Shown: in pieces, positions 42,275-53,016 of the stretch
How positions within the stretch are numbered: position 1 is the first letter of the stretch
Layout of the letters: every line of letters starts with the position of its first letter
NCBI GenBank assembly: GCA_019057865.1
Contig: JAHLWP010000003.1
Coordinates: forward strand, 1-64,000
From: Promethearchaeota archaeon
GTDB taxonomy: Archaea > Asgardarchaeota > Lokiarchaeia > Sigyniarchaeales > SOKP01
DNA length: 64,000 bases
Direction: 5' to 3'
The notes under the pieces: generated by a model
Told to the model about the DNA's origin: nothing
Database searches by the model: none
Seen by the model: the letters and a program-made list of their open reading frames with translations, nothing else
Made by a program: the position numbers and the translations under genes

Positions 42275-42589
42275 ATGAGTTTAATTAATAACGACATAGA
42301 TTTCGAGTTAAACTATTATACAAAAATAATTAACTACATTCAAAAAGGAAATTTTGAATATAGAAAAGCAGAAATTTGGAGAAGTAAGGCTCTGATTGAA
42401 TTAATGGAATTTTTTAAACGTACAAGGAATAGAACTTTAGTCACAAATGCACTTCTTTTGTTGATATCCTTGTTTGAAGATATTCCGCCTGACACTTATA
42501 ATAATCTTGGTGAAGACGCTAATCACATATCTAAAGAAGAAAGAAAGATTTTAATTGAGGATTTAAAAAATGAATTTTTACCAAACTAA
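42275..42589 (+). CDS. Hypothetical helical protein
   Basis: 104-aa ORF. Confidence 0.7.
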   Translation: MSLINNDIDFELNYYTKIINYIQKGNFEYRKAEIWRSKALIELMEFFKRTRNRTLVTNALLLLISLFEDIPPDTYNNLGEDANHISKEERKILIEDLKNEFLPN

Positions 42590-42766
42590 TTTATTAATTA
42601 AGCTCCAATGTTTAAATTAGCTACTTTTATTTAAATAACAAAAAGATAATAATTAAAAATCCAATAAGGGTTTCAAAATTGTAAAAGCTTCTGCTTTTTA
42701 CTTTCGCAATTATTTAAATTTGTATACTTTTTTTCTTATTACATAAAAATATATTTTATTTAATTA

Positions 42767-45700
42767 ATGGGGATTTTTTTGTCTAAATCATACTATAAAC
42801 GTAAGTTTAATAATAAGATCATTTCAGTAATTTTCATTATATCCATATTTATTATCACTATAAGCGCATATTCTAATCATTTTAGTAATTCCGAGAGAAA
42901 TAAAACATTTATTGACTATAAAGATGATTTAAAAAGTTCTAATCCATATACATTTCAAGGAAGTGAACCAGCTTTGAATATAACTGATGAGGGTAATTTA
43001 TATAAGTTAAATCAAGAAATTTCACTATCTAATGAAGAAGAATTAAATTTATCTTACTACTTAGATGATGAGCATGATTGGAAAATCTTAGAAATTCAAA
43101 ATGAAATCACTAATATAGAAGATACAAGAAATTGGGTTAATAATAGTGTAATCCAGCCTGTAACAATATATAGAGAATATCAATCATTTCAAAGTGCTCA
43201 TTATCCTTATGCTAATAATCGTGGTCGACTTATTATTGATAGTACAGTCTATGAAGAGGGTGCTTTTTACATGAGGGTACATTTTAGTAATATTTCATTT
43301 GACGTTCAACCTTTAGTTGAAGACACTGATTATATTTACCTTTATAATTATAGCGCTTATGAATTCTTTGTTGAAACTGGTTTTAGGGAAAATCTTTATT
43401 CTCCATGGATCTCTGGAGATACAATATATGTTACTTATAGTTCTGATAATATTAACAACAATGACTATGGATACTATATTGATTATTATGAATTTGTAAA
43501 TGCATCTTCAAATATATACCCAAATGAATATTCATGGGGTTTCAAGTATAAGCAAAATTATAATTGGGGTGCTAACAATTATGGATTTGGAGAAATGGGG
43601 AATAATACCGCAATGTTCATTGGATATTATGGTGATTATATAGATCCAGAGACATTTGATTATGATATCGGAACATTTTCAGAAGCATATCAGGAGTTAA
43701 CGATACCTAGAGGGCAAGTTATAGATGCCTATCTTAAATTTGATTATTATCTTGAGTTTGGATTAGCGACAAACGATAATTTTATGTATGCTTCAATAAA
43801 CAATCAAAAGGTTTTTTCTAGAGGAATGCTTGATATTGAAAACTTAGGAAAACATAAGTGGCATCATACTGGTAATATTCCTATGAATTTATGGGTAAAT
43901 TCCTCAGAAATTTTCGAAACAACTTATGTAAAAGATCAACAGTTAAATATATCCTTAGGTATTAAAAGTGGAGGTGCTTGGCAATATAGCGGTTCTGAAG
44001 ATTGCAATATTAATGTTATTTGGTTTGATAATATTTCTTTAGTGGTAACTTCAATTGCTAATTCAAGTCAAGATGGTATAAATTTGACTATAAATTCGAT
44101 AAATTTATCTGAGGGAGAAGAATGGGGTAAATCTTATTTAAACTTAACAGATGGATGGGATACAAACCCCGTCATTTTAACAGTTAATACAACTTCACTA
44201 TCATTAGAATTTGAACTAGATTCAATTTTATATGGATCACATAATTCTAAAACTAAAATTAATCAACAAAATGAAGAGGGTATTTCATATAAAGTATTAA
44301 ATAATAACACAATATATTGGGAGTTTTACCATAATTTCTATATGCCAGCAGAATATTCTGATTTCGAATTTACTGTTATAAAACCTAATAATTGGAAAAT
44401 TATTTCTGTTTTAGATCCAACATTTATCCCAATTCCTTTTGAAGGTGGTAATCTAGGAGAAGATTATATCAAAATTAATAGTACTTATGCATTATTTCCC
44501 GGTTGGTGGAGATTTAAAGCAAGTTCCCCAAACTATATTAGTGAAAATAACACAGATATATCAAAAGATGGTCAATGGGGATTTAATGAATTTCATTCTG
44601 GAGATTCTATAAGAGTTAAGACTCAGGTAAATTCTACTAATGAAATACCTTTAAATTTAGATACAACTGTAGTAAATTTGACCATTTACTATCCTAACAG
44701 TAGTATTTGGTATCAAGAATCTAAAATACCATTATCAAATGGAACAATAATTTTTTCAGATATATTACTTACTTCCCTAAATTCAGTAGGAGGTGTTTAT
44801 AATTATACCTTATTTTGGAGTAATGGGACAGCAATAGGAGGATTGCTTTCAAATTTCATTGTAATTCATGATAGTTATTTAACGATCTTAAAGCCTGATG
44901 ATGCAAAATTAGATAACCAGACAGGGGGTACTGTTGGTGATATTATTCCATTGAGAATTTATTTACGAGATGCTGAAAATGATATTTATATCTCAGATGC
45001 TTTAATTTCTTATAATTGGACAACAGGTACAGTATTTTTAGTAGAGGCATCATTAGGAATTTATGAAGGTGTTCTTGATACAGCAGATTTAGGTGGATTC
45101 GGATTATATAATATAATCATAAGTACAAGTAAGGTTGGTTTTATCAATAGTAACTTAACTTTAAGAATAAACCTTGGAGAAGATACAAATTTACAGAGAT
45201 TAGAGTCTGATTCAAAAATAGTTATACATACAAATAGTACTATTAGATTCTTTTATTATTCAGAATTTGATGAGGAAGGAATCCTTGGAGCACAAGTTTT
45301 AGTAAATATAAGTAATCCAGCCTATTATACAGTTCAGGAAGAATCTGATGGTTATTATTCAATTGAATTTAGTACAGAATTTATTGATAACATAGGTGTT
45401 TATCGATTGGTATTCGAATTTTCAGTAATTGGATATGAACCACAGACTCATATATTTCAGTTTGAAATTATAAATCCTCCTGTAACACGAGAAAAGCCAA
45501 ATTATATGTTATTGGGGATTTTGTTTGCTTCTATTGGAATAGGAGCGATATTTGCTGCTCTTAGTTTAAGATCTTATGTAATATTACCAAGAAAAAGAAG
45601 GAAGGAATCCGAACTCTTAGCAGAAACCCAAAGATTTAAAGATATCAGAAATATTCAGGCGATAGTGATAATTCACAAATTAAGCGGGATTCCAATCTTT

Positions 45701-46321
45701 TCAAAAAGTTATTCTATTTTAGAGAAACATAAAAAAGAACTTTTTTCGGGATTTATTCAAGCAATAACTACAATTGGAGAAGAATTTGTTGAGCGAGAAT
45801 CTGCAAAACCTAAAATGAAAGAATCAGCTAAAGGTTATGGTAGCGAAAGAATTATGGAATTAGATTTCAAATACTTCTATTGCCTTATTGCTGATTTAGA
45901 AGAAGTAAGAGCAGTGTTAGTACTTAATGAAAAATCATCTGAACGATTAAAAAGTCAACTTAGACACCTTTTATTAGCCTTAAATTTGAATTTATCAGAA
46001 CAATTACAAAGCTGGGATGGGTCATTAGATCAATTTGAGGTAATCTTGCCATCAATATTAAATGAATATTTTGAACTTTATTATAAAGAATCATTTCAAT
46101 TGAATATTAGAGATAATGAATTCCTAAAGATAACAAAAGATAAAAGCTTAAATAAAATGGAAATTAGGGTTTTAAACGTTATCAATTCTGTTGCCAAAAG
46201 TAAGGAGAACATTATTAATTTAGAGATGATAATTAATCTAGCTCATGAAGAAAATAAAGATATAATTATAAAAGCCATAGAATCATTAATAGCACAAAAA
46301 ATAATTGTTCCATTTAATTAA
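42767..46321 (+). CDS. Large membrane protein: signal/TM, CUB-like and beta-sandwich ectodomain, TM, cytoplasmic longin-like plus winged-helix tail
   Basis: MRVHF..DYIYLY..SPWISGDTIYVTYSSD..YGYYIDYYE (CUB-like); many NxS/T sequons; TM near aa 913-934 followed by PRKRRK; IVIIHKLSGIPIFSK..LFSGFIQAI (longin-like). Confidence 0.8.
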   Translation: MGIFLSKSYYKRKFNNKIISVIFIISIFIITISAYSNHFSNSERNKTFIDYKDDLKSSNPYTFQGSEPALNITDEGNLYKLNQEISLSNEEELNLSYYLDDEHDWKILEIQNEITNIEDTRNWVNNSVIQPVTIYREYQSFQSAHYPYANNRGRLIIDSTVYEEGAFYMRVHFSNISFDVQPLVEDTDYIYLYNYSAYEFFVETGFRENLYSPWISGDTIYVTYSSDNINNNDYGYYIDYYEFVNASSNIYPNEYSWGFKYKQNYNWGANNYGFGEMGNNTAMFIGYYGDYIDPETFDYDIGTFSEAYQELTIPRGQVIDAYLKFDYYLEFGLATNDNFMYASINNQKVFSRGMLDIENLGKHKWHHTGNIPMNLWVNSSEIFETTYVKDQQLNISLGIKSGGAWQYSGSEDCNINVIWFDNISLVVTSIANSSQDGINLTINSINLSEGEEWGKSYLNLTDGWDTNPVILTVNTTSLSLEFELDSILYGSHNSKTKINQQNEEGISYKVLNNNTIYWEFYHNFYMPAEYSDFEFTVIKPNNWKIISVLDPTFIPIPFEGGNLGEDYIKINSTYALFPGWWRFKASSPNYISENNTDISKDGQWGFNEFHSGDSIRVKTQVNSTNEIPLNLDTTVVNLTIYYPNSSIWYQESKIPLSNGTIIFSDILLTSLNSVGGVYNYTLFWSNGTAIGGLLSNFIVIHDSYLTILKPDDAKLDNQTGGTVGDIIPLRIYLRDAENDIYISDALISYNWTTGTVFLVEASLGIYEGVLDTADLGGFGLYNIIISTSKVGFINSNLTLRINLGEDTNLQRLESDSKIVIHTNSTIRFFYYSEFDEEGILGAQVLVNISNPAYYTVQEESDGYYSIEFSTEFIDNIGVYRLVFEFSVIGYEPQTHIFQFEIINPPVTREKPNYMLLGILFASIGIGAIFAALSLRSYVILPRKRRKESELLAETQRFKDIRNIQAIVIIHKLSGIPIFSKSYSILEKHKKELFSGFIQAITTIGEEFVERESAKPKMKESAKGYGSERIMELDFKYFYCLIADLEEVRAVLVLNEKSSERLKSQLRHLLLALNLNLSEQLQSWDGSLDQFEVILPSILNEYFELYYKESFQLNIRDNEFLKITKDKSLNKMEIRVLNVINSVAKSKENIINLEMIINLAHEENKDIIIKAIESLIAQKIIVPFN

Positions 46322-46368
46322 TAGAATTTCATCAAAATTATAATATACTTATTTTTTTTATTTATTTT

Positions 46369-46995
46369 ATGAACAATATGAAAGAATTCAGATTTAGATG
46401 TACTAGATGCGGTAATTGTTGTAGCGATAAAAATACAATAGTTAATTTGACTTGTTTTGATATTTTAAGAATCAGAAATGGTTTAAATTTAAGCATTGAA
46501 GAAATTCTTGAAGTTATTGGGTTTTATATTTTTGATAAAGAAACAATAAATGAAGAACATAAAATGGTGGTTTCTCCAATAGAAACAGAAAGAGGATTAG
46601 CATTTATTGGACTTCTTAAGAAAGATTCAGGTTTTTGTTATTTTTATAATGATTCAGAAAAGAAATGTTTTATATATGATTTAAGACCAATATTTTGTAG
46701 AACTTTTCCTTTTTCATTCAATCTTATTTTTAGTAAGTCTAATAAAACAAGTGCTAAAATTAAAATGTTTTATACCGAAAAAGGGAAACAGTATTGTCCT
46801 GGTATTGGAGTTGATGCCCCTCTTATTAATGAAGATAAATGGATAGAATTAGGAAAACAAACAATAGAAGAATTGAATAATAATGAAATTTTAATAGAAA
46901 AATGGAATAAAGCTGTTAAACTTGGTCAAGTTACTCCCACAGTTAAATCTTTTCTTTTAACCATTTTTAATATAAAAAAGACTAATCAAGATTAG
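46369..46995 (+). CDS. YkgJ-family CxxCxxCC Fe-S/Zn cluster protein
   Basis: FRCTRCGNCC, CYFY, CFIYDLRPIFCRTFPF, CPGIG. Confidence 0.9.
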   Translation: MNNMKEFRFRCTRCGNCCSDKNTIVNLTCFDILRIRNGLNLSIEEILEVIGFYIFDKETINEEHKMVVSPIETERGLAFIGLLKKDSGFCYFYNDSEKKCFIYDLRPIFCRTFPFSFNLIFSKSNKTSAKIKMFYTEKGKQYCPGIGVDAPLINEDKWIELGKQTIEELNNNEILIEKWNKAVKLGQVTPTVKSFLLTIFNIKKTNQD

Positions 46996-47019
46996 AGATA
47001 TTAATAGTTAGAGCTATTT

Positions 47020-48681
47020 TTAGGAAAGTAGTGATCCATATTGAGAGCTTGCTAATAATGCCCAAAATAACATCCTTAATTCAACTTTATACCCTAGTTT
47101 ATCATTTCGCCAGTTAAAGTCTTTATTAATCTCTTCTAGGCTAAAAAAATTTGTTGAATTAGTTATGAAATTTAGTAATCGACTACAAAATTCTGATTCT
47201 TGTTCTTTTAACTCAAGTAGATCATATATCAATAATACTTTAGCCGAATCAGTAATAATATCATTGATCGATCCATTGGATTTTATTAACTTTTTTAGCT
47301 CATTATTATAACGAGATTTAAATGGTTGAAGGTTTATTTTCTTATCAATCAATTTTATCAATGCAAGTTGATGATAAATATCAAGAGAAGGTTTATATTC
47401 TTCTAGATTGTGCAAATTGAGGTTTAAAATAGGGTTTAGAAGATCTCTCTTATTCATTATGATAGTTCCACTTTTTTCCAATAATCTCAAACTAAATAAA
47501 GTATAGAAATTCAAACTTAATTTCTCTGGAGTAAAATTCTTTAATTCTGCTTCAAGGAACATTTCAATAGCAAGAAGATCTATAATATCGGCGTTATTTA
47601 GGAGATTTAATTCTGAAAATATAATAAGACCGAAAAAAATATTTACAGGGTCAGGTTTAGCTTCTCTTGAAGAGCTAAACATCTTTCCATTTATATACTT
47701 CTTTATAATTTCTAAAATTTCAATAAAAGTAAAAGGAAACTCTATATTTAACATTTTTAATATAGAAACATAATAAAAGAGATTTTCTAAGTCAAGAAAG
47801 TCAGGATTTACGACTCTAGAATTTAAAAAATTCATAATTTCTATTTTAATTTTATTGATAATCTCTGGATGAATAGAGGGGAAATTCCCAAAATAATCAA
47901 GATATGTTGATTTTGGTTCCTTATCGTAATTAATGGATCTCAAATCTATTACTTGGTCATTCGGTGTGATTTCAGTAATATTTGCTTTAAGTGAGGTTTC
48001 TTCTTTGATTATCTCTTTTTTTGGGGTTTTTAGAGTCTCAATACTATCTCTTTTAGCAATTTGAAGCTGTTTTAAAATATCACTCTCTTGCTTTTGTTCT
48101 TTAGATTTTTCAACTGATCCAACCTCCCCTACTTCTTCAATTATTAGATGTAAATTAATATAATCAATAAAATCATAGATTTTACTTGTTTGAAGTACTT
48201 CCTTAATATGTGGTGTAGTAATATTATTTTTTTTAAAATTATTTAGTTTCTGAATGAAATTCTGGGGTATTATGTTAAAAAGGTTTAAATTTTCAATTTG
48301 TTTCTTGTCAAAATCAATAATATATTTGACTAAAATTTCAAACAAGATTTTATTTACATAAATAGTTAAATTCTTTTCAAAAAAAGTGTTATAATCAGGA
48401 AATTGTTCAATTTTAAAATTTTCTTCAAATTTTTTCTGTTCATCTGATATTTTATCCATTGAAACTCCTATTGTATTTAAACCTGTTTTTATTGCTTTTG
48501 TAATATCCTTTGATGTATTCTTCATTGATTTCTTGCTTTCATCAGATGTTTTTTTATTCAAATCAATATTTTTGTAAGAAATAAGATCCTTTAAATATGA
48601 GTAGCTATGGTTAAAGTAATCTAAAATCTCTACTTTTAGAGATGATAAAAAGTTAGTTAATATTGGCTTTATTTCTTCCAT
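47020..48681 (-). CDS. Hypothetical protein with helical-repeat C-terminal half
   Basis: 553-aa ORF; repeated helical patterns reminiscent of alpha/alpha-toroid folds (weak). Confidence 0.7.
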   Translation of the reverse strand: MEEIKPILTNFLSSLKVEILDYFNHSYSYLKDLISYKNIDLNKKTSDESKKSMKNTSKDITKAIKTGLNTIGVSMDKISDEQKKFEENFKIEQFPDYNTFFEKNLTIYVNKILFEILVKYIIDFDKKQIENLNLFNIIPQNFIQKLNNFKKNNITTPHIKEVLQTSKIYDFIDYINLHLIIEEVGEVGSVEKSKEQKQESDILKQLQIAKRDSIETLKTPKKEIIKEETSLKANITEITPNDQVIDLRSINYDKEPKSTYLDYFGNFPSIHPEIINKIKIEIMNFLNSRVVNPDFLDLENLFYYVSILKMLNIEFPFTFIEILEIIKKYINGKMFSSSREAKPDPVNIFFGLIIFSELNLLNNADIIDLLAIEMFLEAELKNFTPEKLSLNFYTLFSLRLLEKSGTIIMNKRDLLNPILNLNLHNLEEYKPSLDIYHQLALIKLIDKKINLQPFKSRYNNELKKLIKSNGSINDIITDSAKVLLIYDLLELKEQESEFCSRLLNFITNSTNFFSLEEINKDFNWRNDKLGYKVELRMLFWALLASSQYGSLLS

Positions 48682-48787
48682 CTTTCAATTTTCTTAATTG
48701 AGCAATTTATTTATTAATCTTATATCTATAATCAATATAAACATTTATGTTTTATATTGAAAATCTTAAAAAAGAAGAATTCGCGTT

Positions 48788-49534
48788 TTGCTGATGGAAA
48801 ACTGCTTTTTTAACCATATTGCTAAAGATTATCATTTGAAAAGAAAAAAGCCTTGGAAACCTTTTAAATCATTTATAGTATATTTAGAGAAGAAAGGCTA
48901 TACCTTTAAGGGACTTAATATTGATTTAGGATGTGGTAATGGTAGACATTTTAAATTATTACAAAAAAAAAGTTTTAAATTAATTGGAATTGACAATTCA
49001 ATTGAATTTCTAAAGATTGCTCTTGAAGACTTTAAGGATAGCGATCAATATACTAATAATGAGAAAAATTTTATACAAATTGTTCTTGCGGATCTAAGAT
49101 TTCTACCTATAAGACTGAATGTAATACAAAACATTTTTTCAGTTGCATCAATTCATCATATAAGACATAAATTTGAAAGACAAGGTGCAATTAAGCAATT
49201 ATTTAATTTGCTAAAAGATAATGGCTATATTTTAATAACTGTATGGCGTAAATGGCAAAAGAAGTATAAAAGTTATTTTTTTTACGATTGGTTTCGAAGA
49301 ATAATTAGTTCTACGTATAAAAGAGAACGATATATGGAAGGATTAGATGAATTTGGAGACAAATATGTCTCTTGGAAAATATCGAGTGAGAAAAAGAAAT
49401 ATAATAGGTTTTATCATTTCTTTTCAAAGTGTGAGATTAAGAAGTTAATCAAAAAATTTAAAGTCCAAGAGTTTAAGATATTGGGTGGACCAAATAATCG
49501 AGATAATTTTTTTATCTTAGCCCAAAAACTATAA
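48788..49534 (+). CDS. Class I SAM methyltransferase, Trm9/ALKBH8-like
   Basis: RKKPW, IDLGCGNGR, SVASIHH, ILITVW, YVSW, RFYHFF. Confidence 0.8.
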   Translation: MLMENCFFNHIAKDYHLKRKKPWKPFKSFIVYLEKKGYTFKGLNIDLGCGNGRHFKLLQKKSFKLIGIDNSIEFLKIALEDFKDSDQYTNNEKNFIQIVLADLRFLPIRLNVIQNIFSVASIHHIRHKFERQGAIKQLFNLLKDNGYILITVWRKWQKKYKSYFFYDWFRRIISSTYKRERYMEGLDEFGDKYVSWKISSEKKKYNRFYHFFSKCEIKKLIKKFKVQEFKILGGPNNRDNFFILAQKL

Positions 49535-49564
49535 ATATTGAATTTTAATCATTATATTTTAACT

Positions 49565-50062
49565 TTAATGACATACCATTGAATTAAATGCTTTTAAAAT
49601 GAATGGTTCAAAATTTTCATATAGTTTTCCTATTACAATCGCATGGGCGTTAAATATTCTTTCAGATATATCGCAATAAAAAATCTCATGAATTGCCCTT
49701 TCGACATAATATCGTTTTCTCATCATTTTTCTTCGTTGTCCAAACCAAATTGTTTGTTCATGACTCAGCAACCAATCCTGTTCTTTTTTTGTAACTACTA
49801 AACCGATGGCATTGTAAACATCTATTGAATTCTGTACTTCTTTATAATAGAAGAGATTTAACCTATCCTTATTCTCCCAATTTATTTCTAGTGTTGAATT
49901 GGGACCCCAAATTTCATCATAATCATCTTGAGAATGAAAAATAATGGAACCATGAGTTTCATCCCCTTCAAATTTAACTTCTCTGTACCATTTTGGCATT
50001 TTGTTAACTATAACTTTACATTCTGGTTTGTTATACACATAGTAATTGTATTCCATATTCAC
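49565..50062 (-). CDS. Hypothetical protein
   Basis: 165-aa ORF ending in CH; no family recognised. Confidence 0.7.
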   Translation of the reverse strand: MNMEYNYYVYNKPECKVIVNKMPKWYREVKFEGDETHGSIIFHSQDDYDEIWGPNSTLEINWENKDRLNLFYYKEVQNSIDVYNAIGLVVTKKEQDWLLSHEQTIWFGQRRKMMRKRYYVERAIHEIFYCDISERIFNAHAIVIGKLYENFEPFILKAFNSMVCH

Positions 50063-50215
50063 ACCTAATTATTAGTTTTAAGAAAAAACTTATTTTTAAC
50101 ATATATTTAGATTTTTTAAAGTTTTTTTTTTTTTTAAAAAGGAGATTATTTGAAGTGTGATAATTAAATTGATAAATTAATCAAACAATTCAAATTAAAA
50201 ATAAAAAATATAAAA

Positions 50216-50806
50216 CTACTTTATTAACTCTATCGCTTCTTCAATCCATTTTTTTAATCTTTCTTCTGAAACACCTTTAATTAATGGAGCTAATTCTTCA
50301 GGATTTTCCTTACTAAGTTCCTCTATATTATTAACTCCAAGTTCTATAAATTTCTTAGCTGTTGCGGCACCTAATCCTGTTAATCGTGTTAGGGGAGTTC
50401 CTTTAGCCTCAACAGTTATTTTTTCCTTTTTAACTTTCTCTTTCTTAATTGGCTTTGGTTTTTCTTTTATTACAGGCTTTTTTGGAGTGACAACTACTTT
50501 CTTCGCAGGTTTTGCCTTGGGTTTCTCTACTTTAAGTTTGAATGGAGTTGGTTTCTTTTCTTTCTTAACAAATGGCTGTCTTTTCTTTCTTTTTTCTTTA
50601 GGTATTTCAATTGATTTTAGTTTTTCAATATTCTCCATGAGTGCAGATTTTCTAAAGAAGTCTATTTGAATATTTAATTTTTTTAATGATTCAATAGTCT
50701 TCCCAGCTTCTTTAATTTCTTTTAGAGAAAATCCTTTTCCTTTTCTGATATGTCCATCTTTAGCTGGGCTTTTTACCATAGCAATGAGTTTTTGTTTGCT
50801 TTCCAT
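50216..50806 (-). CDS. rpl13e: Ribosomal protein eL13 fused via a Lys/Pro linker to a C-terminal helix-hairpin-helix domain
   Basis: RKGKGFSLKEIKEAG..IDFFRKS..ENIEKLK (eL13); LTRLTGLGAATAKKFIELGV (HhH). Confidence 0.85.
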   Translation of the reverse strand: MESKQKLIAMVKSPAKDGHIRKGKGFSLKEIKEAGKTIESLKKLNIQIDFFRKSALMENIEKLKSIEIPKEKRKKRQPFVKKEKKPTPFKLKVEKPKAKPAKKVVVTPKKPVIKEKPKPIKKEKVKKEKITVEAKGTPLTRLTGLGAATAKKFIELGVNNIEELSKENPEELAPLIKGVSEERLKKWIEEAIELIK

Positions 50807-50934
50807 ACTTTCAACACAGCTTTGTTATGTTAATAATGTAATTTAGATAAAATTTGAAAGTTTTTATTTTTTTCTATTGAAAATAGTAAAACCATAAATT
50901 CTACTTAAAAATAATTAAACCTAATTTTTTCTTT

Positions 50935-51573
50935 TTATTTAATCTTAATGATATCAAGCTGTTCTAATTTCTTTAATACATCAATTATTTCTGATCGCTT
51001 TTTATTTAATATTCTTGAGATTTTAAGTGGTGAATTTTTACAAGTACATTGTATCGCAACTTGAAAATCAATGTCTGATATCATCCCCATTGAGAGAACT
51101 TTTTCTAATACATTTTTAACTACTAATAATTTAGGAAACTCTTCAGCAACATGCCCCCCAATGGTTAAATTCTCAATATCTGCTTTTAATGTGTTAAACC
51201 TACTTTTTTCTGTTGTCGATCTATAAACTTTAAGATCAGATTTATGTTTTTTCCAAAAGCGATTTGCTATTTTATGAATTACTTCTTTGATCTTTTCAGT
51301 ATTATCATCGGCATCAGAAATAGAACAGAATAAAACCCGTGATATAGGATGATAATAAATAAAGATAGTTGAATCTTCTGATCCTAAGACTCTATTCATT
51401 TCATTTACTCGCCTCCCTTTAGTCATCGCTTCATGGACAAGATCAATTGTTTTATTGATTGCATTGAAAAATCCTGTTAAAATATCATCTTGAATTTTCT
51501 TTAATTCTTTGAATGTTAATTCTAAAAGAGAAATCGAGCTATCTCCATCAATTAAATATACTTTATAGATCAA
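50935..51573 (-). CDS. Longin-like domain plus C-terminal winged helix
   Basis: VYLIDGDSSISLL..DILTGFFNAI..LFCSISD (longin-like); SPLKISRILNKKRSEIIDVLKKLEQLDII (wHTH). Confidence 0.7.
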   Translation of the reverse strand: MIYKVYLIDGDSSISLLELTFKELKKIQDDILTGFFNAINKTIDLVHEAMTKGRRVNEMNRVLGSEDSTIFIYYHPISRVLFCSISDADDNTEKIKEVIHKIANRFWKKHKSDLKVYRSTTEKSRFNTLKADIENLTIGGHVAEEFPKLLVVKNVLEKVLSMGMISDIDFQVAIQCTCKNSPLKISRILNKKRSEIIDVLKKLEQLDIIKIK

Positions 51574-51717
51574 AATTGAAATAGAAAAATCTAATTTTTT
51601 TATTACTATGATAATAAAAATACTTTCTTTTGAATACTCGCATAAATTTAAATGATTAAAATTAAATGTTCAAATTTATATTGATTTAATAAAAATTAAT
51701 AAAACCAATTTAGGGAA

Positions 51718-52983
51718 ATGAAAGTTAAAAAAACATTTTTTATCGTATTTTTATTTATTTTTCCTTGGATATTTTCGACAACTCTAACAATTTCGGCACC
51801 TACTGAAATCTTCAATCATTCTTTTCCAAGATTGTTTACAAGTAGCGGAGTATCTAACTTTAATATTGGTGGAAGTGTGATATATCAGGTAGAAATTGAT
51901 TTTACATTAACTGTTAACTCAGGGACAGGTAATTATTGGTTTAAGTTCTCTAGATTAAATGATCGGCAACCCAACTCATTATTGACTCAATATTGCCCGC
52001 CATACCAAGAGAGTGAATTACTTTATTCAAATATTGTAGGATCTGATAGCACTCCATATTTAATGCAAGATAAATTTAATAATACATATGATCTGTTCAA
52101 TAGCACCTTAAATCAAGGTCAATCGGTTAGTCTTAGTCAAATATATAATGTTACTTTGAATGCCGTTTCTTTTAAAAATGTTAATTACTCAGATATTGGA
52201 CCTTATGACGTATATGATGAAATGTTTGATTTATATTGTAATAATTCAGAAACTTATTATGAGCGTGATAATGCAGCATTAATTAGCGAGTCGAATAGTA
52301 TCGTAAATCCTACTGATAATCCAATTGAAAAAGCTGAAAAGATTTGTAATTGGGTATCAAGCTTTCTCACATATGATGGTATGTTACCTGCAGAAGAGAT
52401 GGGTGCTTTATGGGCTCATACTAATGAACGAGGTGATTGTAGTGAATTCTCAAGTTTAATGGTGACTTTATTAAGGATTCAAGATATTCCTGCTCGCAAA
52501 GTTACTGGATATTGTATTTCCGCTAACCCAACAACTAAACCTTATGAAGGACAAGTCTGGACTTTTATTGCTAGTAGCAGTTCAGGTTCAAACTTTCTAG
52601 GACATGCTTGGGTTGAATATTATGTCCCAGATATAGGTTGGATTGCTTGTGATCCAACATGGCATAGTGGAGGATTTGATTATTTCAATCGGATTGATTA
52701 TCTTCGATTTAATTTAAATATAGGGCAATGGTTTTCCATACCAATGTTATCTGATGTAAGTGAATTTCCCAATCCTTGTATTGTTTATAACAATCCCAGC
52801 TTTGATTTTATCTATCAATTTAAAGTAACAGCAACCGAATCTAGTTTAAGTCCATCAGATCAATTTCCTATGTTGATTGTTATAGTTGTAATGGCTGCCA
52901 TAGTTATCGCTTTAGTTGCTATAATCTTACCTATGACTATAAAGAGAAAACGTAAAAAAGAAGTTACTTACTATGAATACTAA
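51718..52983 (+). CDS. Membrane-anchored secreted transglutaminase-like protein
   Basis: Signal peptide; GDCSEFS/HAWVE/DPTW Cys-His-Asp triad; C-terminal TM plus KRKRKK. Confidence 0.9.
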   Translation: MKVKKTFFIVFLFIFPWIFSTTLTISAPTEIFNHSFPRLFTSSGVSNFNIGGSVIYQVEIDFTLTVNSGTGNYWFKFSRLNDRQPNSLLTQYCPPYQESELLYSNIVGSDSTPYLMQDKFNNTYDLFNSTLNQGQSVSLSQIYNVTLNAVSFKNVNYSDIGPYDVYDEMFDLYCNNSETYYERDNAALISESNSIVNPTDNPIEKAEKICNWVSSFLTYDGMLPAEEMGALWAHTNERGDCSEFSSLMVTLLRIQDIPARKVTGYCISANPTTKPYEGQVWTFIASSSSGSNFLGHAWVEYYVPDIGWIACDPTWHSGGFDYFNRIDYLRFNLNIGQWFSIPMLSDVSEFPNPCIVYNNPSFDFIYQFKVTATESSLSPSDQFPMLIVIVVMAAIVIALVAIILPMTIKRKRKKEVTYYEY

Positions 52984-53016
52984 ATCTTTTTTTTTTATTA
53001 CATCTATTTTGAAAGT

